From Octopus bimaculoides (lineage: Eukaryota): a stretch of DNA of 64,000 nt. Location: positions 30,026,593-30,090,592 of the forward strand of contig NC_068992.1 in NCBI RefSeq assembly GCF_001194135.2, in the 5' to 3' direction. Under the pieces are notes generated by a model. The model had not been told where the DNA came from. It was given only the letters and a program-made list of their open reading frames with translations, and made no database searches. Shown here one piece after another: positions 26,870 to 38,327 of the stretch. The translations under genes and the position numbers were made by a program. Position 1 is the first letter of the stretch. Each line of letters starts with the position of its first letter.

Positions 26870-27480
26870 CCTCTGAAAGTTTCGAAGTTTGATACCTGAT
26901 CACTTCTGTTTCTGTAAACGGAGAATATGTCACCACTTTAGACGATGAGTATTCATAGCATTCACGATCCACCGGTGTGCTGGGGCCTCGAAAGAATACA
27001 ATATTTCGACCGCGTTGTTTTTTCTCCTCAGTCGGAATTACCTCGTTGGACAGATGAAGTAGACACGAACCTAAGCTCCTATTATAGGAATCAGCAAATA
27101 ACTTATTTGCTGAGAAGCATTGATATATATCAAGCGGATAATTCATTCTCAGTACGTTCTGGGAGATTCGAACATGAATATCTCATTACTTGATTGCATG
27201 TAACAGAACGCTTTAAGAATGATTAGTTACGTTATTATTCAGATTCTCGAATTTTCGAGAGCTCCTTAACAAACATCAGCATGTATTAATGAATAGTCAG
27301 TTTGCTGATTTCTATGAACAAGTGTTTGCTGTCTTCTTGAATTCATCGGTTCAGAGAGGTAGATTCGACTGAGGAAACGCAGAGCAAAGCCGAAACACTT
27401 CGGTGTCGCGAAGTCCCCTTATACATGTATATCGCATGTGTTATGAATAAAGATAGATTAATAAAAATATATGTTCTCTG
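26870..27480. mobile_element. Probable Penelope-like pseudo-LTR or retrozyme-like remnant carrying the hammerhead motif
   Basis: Less AT-rich, palindrome-rich segment ending in a hammerhead-like motif plus AATAAA. The link between hammerheads and Penelope-like terminal repeats is established knowledge. No RT or endonuclease sequence was recognised here. Confidence 0.35.
27362..27415 (+). ncRNA. Type I hammerhead ribozyme-like motif, partly degenerate
   Basis: Core CTGAGGA is at 27369-75 and GAAA at 27392-95. Helix III is ACAC-TTCG-GTGT, followed by the GTC triplet (cut after 27407). Helix I is TTCG/CGAA plus GA/TC, but it has an A.G mismatch next to the cleavage site. Helix II (AACGCAGAGCAAAGCC) pairs poorly. 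AATAAA follows at 27446-51. Confidence 0.55.
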
Positions 27481-28095
27481 TTTTGAAAAAGAACATCGAT
27501 CAGATATTAATATGTGTGTCTGACAGACTATACGATGACTGAATGATTAAGTAAACGAGCTCTCATTGTTGAGAACGCTCCCCGTGCATTATAATAATTA
27601 TCCATATCTTTGTGAAGTTTTTGAAATTAATTGAGCGAAAATTATGAATATATAAAATGTGACAGCTATTTGTTAATTAAATAACTGATATACGTTACAA
27701 ACATAATTTATTGAACTATCAACCTCAATTTTGGAACTGAAATATTAAAATATTACGTTTACTATTTCCGACCACATTATATTTCGAAATATTTGATGTT
27801 CAGTCGATATTATTTCATGTGTTCCACGAAATAAACATATCTGACTAGATTCAAACTACGATGCTTTGTATTTACACACTCCAAGTAGTGACACTGTTTA
27901 CCAGTGTGCAACTAGCATAAGTTTGTTCGCCATGTGTAAAGTAAAATTATGTTATAGGGGACTAGACTGTAATTATGTGACTTTAATGCGTTTTTTCCCA
28001 TGGAATGTATTTAACATAAGTGATTGAAATCAGTTATGATCATGGATCACGACGAGGCTAAATAGCTGCTTAACTTTTGCTCAAGCTAAATGTAT

Positions 28096-28100
<5 letters not shown>

Positions 28101-28158
<58 letters not shown>
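28101..28158. repeat. (TA)n microsatellite
   Basis: Directly visible. Confidence 0.95.
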
Positions 28159-28160
<2 letters not shown>

Positions 28161-31100
28161 GTAGATAACTGTATTACATCAATAAGAGTGTATTCATCGT
28201 ATGTGTGACATTATTGCTGCTGTGATATACACCACTCAATCAGTTAAAGTGAAATAACTTCAAGCGTGAACCGAAGTCGCTCCTATAATCTACCATGTTT
28301 GTATAATGACACTCATAAGTGTATACCTAGCAAATACAAAGAATGAACCCCCCGAATGATCTTACCAAGATAACTGCATTATTTTACATCTCTATTGTTA
28401 ATAATTAGCTGTACTTAATGTGCCCCTCTCCCGCCAGAATAAGTGTTTTCATTTCATTATGGAGAAACAAGGGGACACGTAAATAAATGTAGAAATGGAT
28501 TTGATCCGTTGTATGCCAGTTTCTACAGAGCAACATCTAGGAATTTATGCTTAAAAATAAAGTGATTTTGAAACAAATATTAACCTCCAAGTTTAACACG
28601 TTTGGCACATGTGAATGCTGATACATTTGATGTTTGGTGATTGCTAGAGATATCCATGTAAGATACGATAACTTCTAAAATCAAGAAATATTTATCTACA
28701 GAATGCTTTTAGCTATATTAAGAAGGAAAAGTTAATGTGAGTCATCATGTCATTGGATGAAAGATCAAATGTTTTTAGCCCCAAAACTTACATTTCTTTC
28801 CCCCCCCCCTCTCAATATCATATTTGCATACATCAGTATATGCATTTCCATGAAATCGATATTTATCGTTTTTGGAAGGAAAACTGGACTACTTAACTAG
28901 GAATAAACATTATGAATATAAATTTAAACATATGAATTGAAATCTAAAAAGGAACATTTAATTTGAACAAAGAAAGAATAGACAGTATTAATAAAAATAT
29001 TACAATGACTCGATTCAGAACATTTCATAAAGAATGTTCATATTAATTTATTTACTGTATAACTTTTGATGGTAAACTGTATAGAAATTTATGGTAGAAG
29101 TTTAGAATCTTATATGCATATGCACATAGCACATAACAGATATCCTCCTCCGAACAAACAACAAGCAAAAACATACAAAATAAGAAAATTACACAATTTC
29201 TGCTGAACAGACCGTCGTACATTATATATTACAATCTAGTAAATTGCGTTTCTAGAGTCAGAAATATTGATAATAAGACATCCATTGAAACAAAATTACT
29301 TGAATTTACTGTGCAGTATTAATCTTTGAAAAGTATTTATAACAATCCAAAACAAATAATTTTATGAGATACATGTCATTAAATGTATATTCTTAGAGAG
29401 AAGTTGCATTTTATTTATATAGCTTCTACCTCACTATTACATTACTATTTTCTTGCGTAGATTTTAACAATATTTCTAGCAATATGCAGCGATAACTCTT
29501 GAATATTTTGCAAAAGCGATCGTTATGCATATGGCAAATGAAAGACGGTAGATGGAATATATGAGAATTGGTTACTAATCAAGACAATTGTATCAACACA
29601 TCTAGCATCGATTCCTCACGTGTGGAACACTCAACATCAGATTCAGGAGTATCCGGCTGTGCAGATATATATATATATATATATATATANNNNNNNNNNN
29701 NNNNNNNNNNNNNNNNNNNNNNNNNNNNNNNNNNNNNNNNNNNNNNNNNNNNNNNNNNNNNNNNNNNNNNNNNNNNNNNNNNNNNNNNNNNNNNNNNNNN
29801 NNNNNNNNNNNNNNNNNNNNNNNNNNNNNNNNNNNNNNNNNNNNNNNNNNNNNNNNNNNNNNNNNNNNNNNNNNNNNNNNNNNNNNNNNNNNNNNNNNNN
29901 NNNNNNNNNNNNNNNNNNNNNNNNNNNNNNNNTATATATACAAACATGCAAACACATACCTATCAGGAATACTTCCTTTATTTTTTTCATTCCAGCTTTT
30001 GACAATTCCATATAGAACAGATTGGTATCCCATCACGCACCTTACACAATTTACAGGAAAAAAAGTTAGAGTTTTCCCCTATCAGCATTTAAAAAGCGCG
30101 ATTTCATGAGATATAGGGGATGGAAGGGACGGAAAGAAAAACCCAAGTACATGACTGAAAATTTGTTTTGGTTTGAGTATTCTCTCAAAGTGCTGAACGT
30201 CTGAATGTAGTCTATTCGATCACGAACAATTCTGATAATTTCCGTTATCCATGCATACATGTAACATAACACTTTAAATAACGTTACATGACACTCGAAA
30301 TGATTTAATCGTCCCTGCAATGCAAACGTATAACTATTTGATACTCGAAAGAAAACAAATTATGTAGCTCTGTGCAAAGTAAACTTCATACTGTTCACTT
30401 ACAGTTCAGTTAGATATAATCTTGAACAAAGCATACGAAAATTAAACAATTCCCCTCGGCAAAACAGCTGAAATGGTTAGAACGTATATATTGAGCTACG
30501 ATGAACACATGAAATTCAATCATGCAAAAATCGTACAATTATGCCAGATCTCTTGAAACTCTCAAAACATCTAATTAGGACCATTATTCGCAATAGTAAG
30601 ACGATCAGTAATAGGATACGTATCACTCTGTAATCCCTCAGATAAAACTCTCTAATACAAATTTAGACAGACTACCCATGAAGCAGCATCATTACATATT
30701 TACATAGTATTTACGTAGTAATATAAAACAAATGTTTAAAATTCCGTATGTTTACCCTAAAATCTAGAACATGTAATATGTGCTCCAAATGAACATTATA
30801 TCCACACATACTACAAATACATAAGTTTCACCAAATTGATAATTAAACTGAAAGGCACAATAACATAAACAATATAATCGATACGCTCATAGTCTGTATT
30901 TACGTTCTCTGGTAACCATCTGAATGATATCGCACTATGACTGAGCGAAGGGACACTAGGAACAATATTGAAGTAATGCTGAGCTATAATGTACGCCGTT
31001 TATCTTACTCCACACACAAAATACATGAAGACTTATTCACGGTAAAAATGCATCTTTCGTTGCCCAGCCTCACATACACAATTCAATACTTCACATTTTG

Positions 31101-31264
31101 TCATCAAAATAGACGAAATGTAGCTTCACGGCGTGTGTGTTCGAGGTCCGAAAAGCGTTTTGCATTCATTGCTATGTGTAGTCAAGTCCATATTGCGGCA
31201 ACAGAAAGCAATTATTCATACACTACACATTTAACTTGGTTCATATAAATAATCTTCTTAAAGA

Positions 31265-31468
31265 AGACAGTGAGCTGTCAGATTCGTTAGCACGCCGGAC
31301 AAAGTGCTAAGTGGCATTTTGTCCATCTCCAGATTCTGAGTTCAAATTCCAACAGGGTCAACTTATCCACTTGAGATTGATAAAATAAGTACCAGTTGGA
31401 CACTGGGGTCGATATAACCGACTAAAACCATTACCCGAAATTTCTGGCATTTTGTCAATATTCGAAAT
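31265..31468 (+). mobile_element. SINE family A
   Basis: gtgagctgtcagattcgttagcacgccgg...ttctgagttcaaattcc...gataaaataagtaccagtt...ctggggtcgat. Confidence 0.85.
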
Positions 31469-31803
31469 CAATAATATTGTTATATTGTAACTAACTGCCG
31501 TTGAATTTTTATTTGGCTGCTGACAAAATATTTACTGATGTGTTAAGCAACATTTTACTTCATATAAATATGTATTAGCGCATTTCTGACATACTTAGTG
31601 AGTTATTACCCGAGATATGCAACAATATATACATTCCCACTTCTATTAGAACTCATATGTCACTAAGTATCGAAAGACTAACCTATTTTGAATTCATTTA
31701 TTAAAAAACAAATGCTAGAATTGAAAGTTTGCTTCAGTATTTCCAGCGGTTTTTTTTTCTTACGAAACCGTTTATAAGAGTTTATAATAAGGAAAAGTTT
31801 GCA

Positions 31804-32010
31804 AGGCGGCGCGCTGGCATCAACGTTAGCACGCCGGGCGAAATACTTATCGGCATTTCGTCTGCCGTTACGTTCTGAGTTCAAATTCCACCGAGGTCGC
31901 CTTACCACTTCGGGGTCGATAAATCATGCACCAGTAGCATACTAGGGTCGATCTAATCGGCTGTGCCCCTTCCCGAAAAATTTCGGGCTTTGTACCTTGT
32001 GTAGAAAAAA
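31804..32010 (+). mobile_element. SINE family A, full length, young-looking
   Basis: aggcggcgcgctggca...gttagcacgccgggcgaaatacttatcggcatttcgtctgccgttacgttctgagttcaaattccaccgaggtcg...aaaatttcgggctttgtaccttgtgtagaaa. Confidence 0.9.
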
Positions 32011-33181
32011 TGTTGAAGTGTTTGCAAAATTCTGTTAATTAATGTTTTTTTTGGGGGGAGGGTCAATTTTACGCAGCACCCGCAGAGAGAGTTTAGGACA
32101 CTTAGTCTTAGCTAAGATCCTGTTCATTCTCCCTTGCTATTCTCTATTGAGAGGTAATTTATCTCGTAACTTCTTACTACCAATAAGTGCCAGTAATCTG
32201 AATATGATGCGCATATTAATATATATAATTAAGCGAAAATCTGTCTCGGCTAAATATTTAAAACTATGTTTAATTAACCGATTTGACAATATTTGTGTAA
32301 AGACTGTGACAACTCATAACTGAATAGGCTTCCATGGAAACCTGGTTAGAGTAGAGTAATTGACAAGTAACGAGAGGGAAAATTATAAGGAATGTAAATC
32401 CTAAATGCTTTCGAAATCGATTCCTAACGTGCATGTATTAGATATAACATACCTTCACAATTATTGTTTCGATATTTTCTTTAATTTTCTGGAAGAGAAA
32501 AAGGTAAACGCTAAGTGTCCATTGTCTCATTGTACGTCTACTCTCGCTTGGAAAATGTATTATTTAAAGGAGTTTAATCATGACTATCAGATCGTATCAG
32601 ACTACATCAGCCAAAATGTTTCATGACTAAAGATTATAGAATGCGATTCGATAGAGATTTCGCAGTGATTTCTAGTGTATCAGACAACCATGTAGAAGCA
32701 ACCTTGATGTCTCCTATACAGTATTTTCCAGTGGTATTGTCGTGGTACATCCGAGCAGAGGATTCGGAACCATATAACATCGTCATGGATGATTTTTTTC
32801 TATACTAGAATGCTCGTATATCTATTTGTAGATAATTACAAACAAGAGTCAAGAATGGAAATTTTACAAAATCGATTGACTTGCTAGCAGTAGCAGATAC
32901 ATCTTCCTCAATTAAGACCTTCCTCTATTAGAAAGGGATATTATATTGTATGAATTAGGCCAACAATGAAAACTCTTTGAAAATTACATAACATTTTTAG
33001 GGAAACGATTGGAAGCTATGCATTCATTTTCTAGCAAAATAAGATCTATAAAACAGAACAGGTTTAAAAAGCTGGTTTTAGGTTGTGTTTAAAAGGTAGA
33101 CGCAGATAGTGATTTTGAAGAAACTCACTCTGTAAAAACTGCGGATCATCGTTTTATATATACGTATGTCTGTGTTTTGTG

Positions 33182-33378
33182 TCAATGTTTGTCGCCCCAC
33201 TGTTCGACACACAAAATTAGTTTGTTTACATCTTTGTATGATAGCGGTTCGGCAAAAGAAACCGGCGTATTTAAATAGAAAAATAAGTTTTGGGAAAGAT
33301 TTTTTCTACTAAACTCTCCAAGGTCGTGCCACAGCACGGTTGTAGTCCAAAGACTAAAACAAGGGAAATAAGACAACA
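33182..33378 (+). mobile_element. SINE family C, 3' half
   Basis: gtttgtttacatc...tagcggttcggcaaaagaaaccg...aataagttttggg...gactaaaacaag aligns to 19770-19945. Confidence 0.6.
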
Positions 33379-33416
33379 ATGTATGCTATCTAAAATTCAG
33401 TTTGCATTTTAGGTTA

Positions 33417-33630
33417 AGGCGGTGAGCTGGTAGAACGGTTAATACGCCGGTCGATATACTTAGCGGAATTTCACTAATGTTTACGCCGAGTTCAAATTGC
33501 GTCAGGGTCGTCATTGCCTTTCATTCTCTCGGATGGACGCTAAAGTAAGTATCAGTTGAGCACTAGGGTCAATGTAATTGACTTACTCCTCCTCTGAAAT
33601 TGCTGGCTTTGTGCGAAAATTTGAAACTAA
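33417..33630 (+). mobile_element. SINE family A, full length
   Basis: aggcggtgagctggtagaacggtta...gagttcaaatt...ttgcctttcatt...gaaattgctggctttgtgcgaaaatttgaaac. Confidence 0.85.
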
Positions 33631-34504
33631 TATTTATATTTTAGGTTCCACATACATCATAAAATATTTACTAGTAATACAGTAACGAGATATATAATCA
33701 CTATGAATCATATCAAATACAAAGCACAGAATATATTCTTCTGCTTACTACATTTTAATTCAATTTGTGTAATTGTTCTACATATTAAGAAACTTTCTAT
33801 CTACAAATTGCCTGAAACACAGTATTTGTGTGCGCTAGCAGTGTTTAGTATAGCAACAATTTTTGCTTTATCCAATTGTTGACAATACTGCTATATTAGA
33901 GAATTCATGAACAGTCAGAAAATTCTATTGAAATTTATTCAGTTGGCTATAGAATTTTAAATCTTCACGATCAATTAACATGCGTAATAACCGCGTAATT
34001 AGACATCGTTGATTGTTTTAAGCATAAAAACGCTAACTATAATGTTTTAACCACTACCGTCTATTTTTTACTGTTGTAAAAATATAAAAGAGCAAAATGT
34101 AAAGAAGTTTCATAGGTCTGCAATTTAAAAATGAGTAATGAAATAGGAAAGATAGCATCATTGAGTCTTGACAAAAACGCTAAATTAATATATTTACATT
34201 TTTTCAATTTACTCTCAGAGCGATTAAAATATAGCCCCGCCATGATATAATATTGCATTAAAAGACGAAAAGTATATATACAGGTATACAATACTACATG
34301 ATATTTCTTTTAGATTACTTCATTAAATTACGGTTGTTTCAATTTTCGTTTAATAATTATACTTATAGTTATATATAAACGTTTATCTATCTATCTGTCT
34401 GGATGACTGCCTGTCTGTCTGTCTGTATGCCTGTCTATATCGATCCATCTGCCTATCTAACAGTCCATCTATCTGACTATATAAATTTATCTATACACAC
34501 ACAT

Positions 34505-34535
<31 letters not shown>

Positions 34536-35548
34536 CATATGTATTAATAGTTATCGCCGGCTAACATGGCAGTGCAGAAAAATAGGACGAATGCTGCCGT
34601 TTATTAACTCGAAGAGGCCATCGCCTCTAGCTAGCTATGTAATACACGAACCTGTGTCCATTAAAACCTTCGAACTATTACTATCCAGTACCGCTGCTGT
34701 AGTCTCCTTTAGAGAGACTTAGAAATATATATATATAAATATATATTCATAGATAGAACTTTATATTTATGTGTGTGCGTGTCTTTGTATGTGTGTATTT
34801 ATATATGCTTGTTTGTGTCATGTATGCGCACTTTGTCCTTATGGTTAAGAAATACGCTTCACGACGACACAAATTCCTCTACTATAACTTGGGATGTCCC
34901 CACACACTGCAGTTGAAATTCACAAACATTGTGTAGAAGCTGATAAGTCGACAATAACTGCAATTTAAACATTTCAACGTAGTTAGTAACGTTGTGACAC
35001 TTATTCGGTATAAGAATTATGTTAAAATGGCGTCTTGTCAGTGGAACGCTCAGTCACACTTTAATGAAGGTCCAGATAATTCAGTTAATCAACCACTTCA
35101 ATTCTCCTCGTCAAACGACCATACTTTGCATATCAATAGTAATTCACACTTCTGTGGAAATCCCTTTTTGTTACTGTGTCCTTTGGAAACCAACATGACA
35201 ATGTAGTTGCACAAACAAGAATTCGGTACAAAGTGATATAATGTGTATGAAAATAGTAAAATTTCCCTACAAATAAAACATTAAATTGGCACATTCAAAT
35301 GCCGTATCCTCATAATTACTTCTCCTTACATGATTTCATAGATGTTTCAGGAACGCACAAAGTAAAAGCTATGTGGGTCGTGTGGGAAATTGATATACTG
35401 AATCTAATTGATTGCGCCTGTTAGAAATATAACGTTTGATTGACGCACAATAACATCAATAAAAAGTTATCAATGCACCAGCAACTATTGAATTTATGTT
35501 TTGCTCGCAATTCTGTTCTTTAATGCACTTGACATATATACATACATA

Positions 35549-35583
<35 letters not shown>

Positions 35584-36029
35584 CTGCGATATTTGTTTTG
35601 TATACATAAATAATACGCATCGAAATCGTAATAAACAATTTCAAACGAATCTAGAGTAAAACCTATGAACATTTGTCCAATTTTACCTCTCATCATTTAT
35701 TGATTAAACTCCAAATGTTTTTTCATAATGACATACAGTTACTCTTTGCATAAATTACCTTTTGTGTATACAAAATAAAAATGACAAAATGTGTTTTTGT
35801 AAACAAAATTTGAATGTTTTTCTTTCTCATTTGTGCGTGTTCCTTTTCCAAACGGTGTGAATATTTAATTCGCCTTTGAACACAATATCGTTAGTTGTAT
35901 GTATGTACAATGTAATTCTTTATTGCATATTTCCTATAGTCACAGTATCAAAAATGTTCGTTAAACGATGTTATATATTTGTAGTTTCGGATCACCAACC
36001 ACTTCCACCACTTCAGCACAAAAACGAAA

Positions 36030-36212
36030 TGATTCAAATTTGTGAATCAGGGTGCAGTCGAGTATATCGATCCGAGTACTTTATTAGTACTTTATCTTAT
36101 CAATCAGGAAATGAAGTAAGGCAAATTTGACCCCGGTGTAAAAAAAAAAATAAATAAATAAACGGAACACATTCTCAAATATTTTTGTCTGACCTTTAAC
36201 GGTTCTGGCAAA
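36030..36212 (-). mobile_element. SINE family A, diverged copy interrupted by an A-rich tract
   Basis: cagtcgagtatatcgatccgagtact...aaggcaaatttgaccccggtg...tttaacggttctggca. Confidence 0.55.
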
Positions 36213-38327
36213 ATATTACGGAATATATTTCAATAAGAACAATGTAACAATTTTCAGTGGTATAAAAATTCTATTTATTTCAATTTCTCTCCAATTTGTA
36301 GCGTACGAAGCAAAGGAATGCATTACACTTTTTTCCCTTTTACTGACTTCCTCATGAAAGCGATAACCCATCATCGTTCTGGTTATTTTTTTAACATTTC
36401 GCACTGCAATTGAACTTCTCAATTAATTTTATTGGCAATTTTTTTTTATTGAATCCGACAAATATCAGTTTCGTGTTTCAGGATTTTCCTCTAGTTTTGT
36501 AGAGACGTTAATTTTACAAAATCTTTATATTATTTATGAATACTTGTGACTCCCCACTACACAAACACGCACACACACACACGCGCGCACACACATGCTC
36601 ACACGCACATATACACACACATACTACTTCCTGAATTATTAGGTTATATTTCCTGTAACATACCGGGTCATTGAGTTAACCTTTTAAGACCACGCTTGGT
36701 CTGTTAAAATTAGCTGACAAATCTCATTCACACCATATCCTAACAACAACGTCTTTCAAGAATTATGATATATTAGATAAAGTAAACAAAACCATAGGAT
36801 GGCCGGGGACTAAGATTCTTTGATCATGCGTCTGCCTAATCAGGGCAAAGCAGAGGTTAATCAAAACGTCTACAATGTTTGAAGGATCTAAAAATTTTGT
36901 AACGATTACAGTTTAGAGTTAAAGTAAATATAAAAATGAAACACGTATAGAATATTAAAGCTGGAAGTATCTAAATTACCTATACTACTGAACTTAAGAA
37001 TGTTTTCAGCATCTAATAAATTGATTTTGATTATATATAGTTTCGATAACTAACTATATACATAAATAAGTGAATATAAACAAACGGATGATAATAGCCA
37101 TTAGAAAACCAGACTCTAAGACACCAAACAAAATTTGGCATAACAAAAGGAAAATGAATTAGCAAAAACGAAATGAGATTGTAAACTACGTCTAGTACGA
37201 TAAACACTGATGAAGTTATAAGCTGTAGTCCAATGTAACGGAGTTGGGGAGCGGCAACTACTCTGAATTCTGTGTATGGTGTGAGGATATATATATATAA
37301 TAATATATTCGAAGACAAAACAAACTACAACGACGCAAAAATAGTTGCTATCAACAAACACAGGAGAGAAAATATATTAAGGGAATAGATACATTAGATG
37401 CACAACTAAGAAAACAATATACAAGTTAGGAAATGGAAAACGAATAATGACAATATTATTAATATTACTTTTATAATTGAGAAATTGAAAAATTCTGTCT
37501 TTGCGTCGCAAGTATATATATAAGAGTAAAGACCAGTTACCTTATTTTATACATGAATAAATTCAAACTTTACTTTGTCAAGCATATTCGTGTTTGAGTC
37601 ACACTTGAATTGAAAAGATAAAAGGTAAAATTTTTAAATACTGACACTTGGAATTGAGATATTTACTTCATACCAAATCAGACTCAACTCCTTTTATGAT
37701 GTTTTCAGTAAACAAACAATAAAACAAAACAAAAACCGCAAATTAAGAAAAGTGTTTCTTGAGCAATTTTCTTTTTTAACTGATACGTTCATCAATTTTC
37801 GCATCACATCTGAAACGTTTCTATATTATGTATAGATAGTTGAAAAATGTAGATTATCCAATCAACCGGTTACGAACAAGCGTCACCTCCTGCTGCTTCT
37901 AATATATATTCTTAATGTAGAACATTTGACGCCCGAAGAAAAACGAATATATAAAGATGCGATGAATAAAGCGTGGTACTGTCATATTCAATGATTACAG
38001 CGTGTATGTATTGAGTATTTATCCTTGCACAACTTATTAAAAGCGCATGATGCGTACACATATCTCCATACGCACGAATACAAACACATACATAGAAAGA
38101 TATGCACAAGCATATGTAGACAAATAGTTTACACCATTGCTGAGTAGTCAGGTCTGCTGCTGATAAAAAGGATAGTTTAAAATCTAAACTGTGAGGCTGA
38201 TATCAATTTAAGGCGGTACTTGCAATTATCACGAAATAAATACTCATAAATCATAAACAGCTACATAATACACAATCTTATACTATTTCATATATATATA
38301 TATATATANNNNNNNNNNNNNNNTATA

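Noticed and set aside
35975-36025. Minus-strand CTGAAGT...GATCCGAAACTA resembling a PLE terminus
   Set aside because: The core A9 is missing and helices I and III are unsupported.
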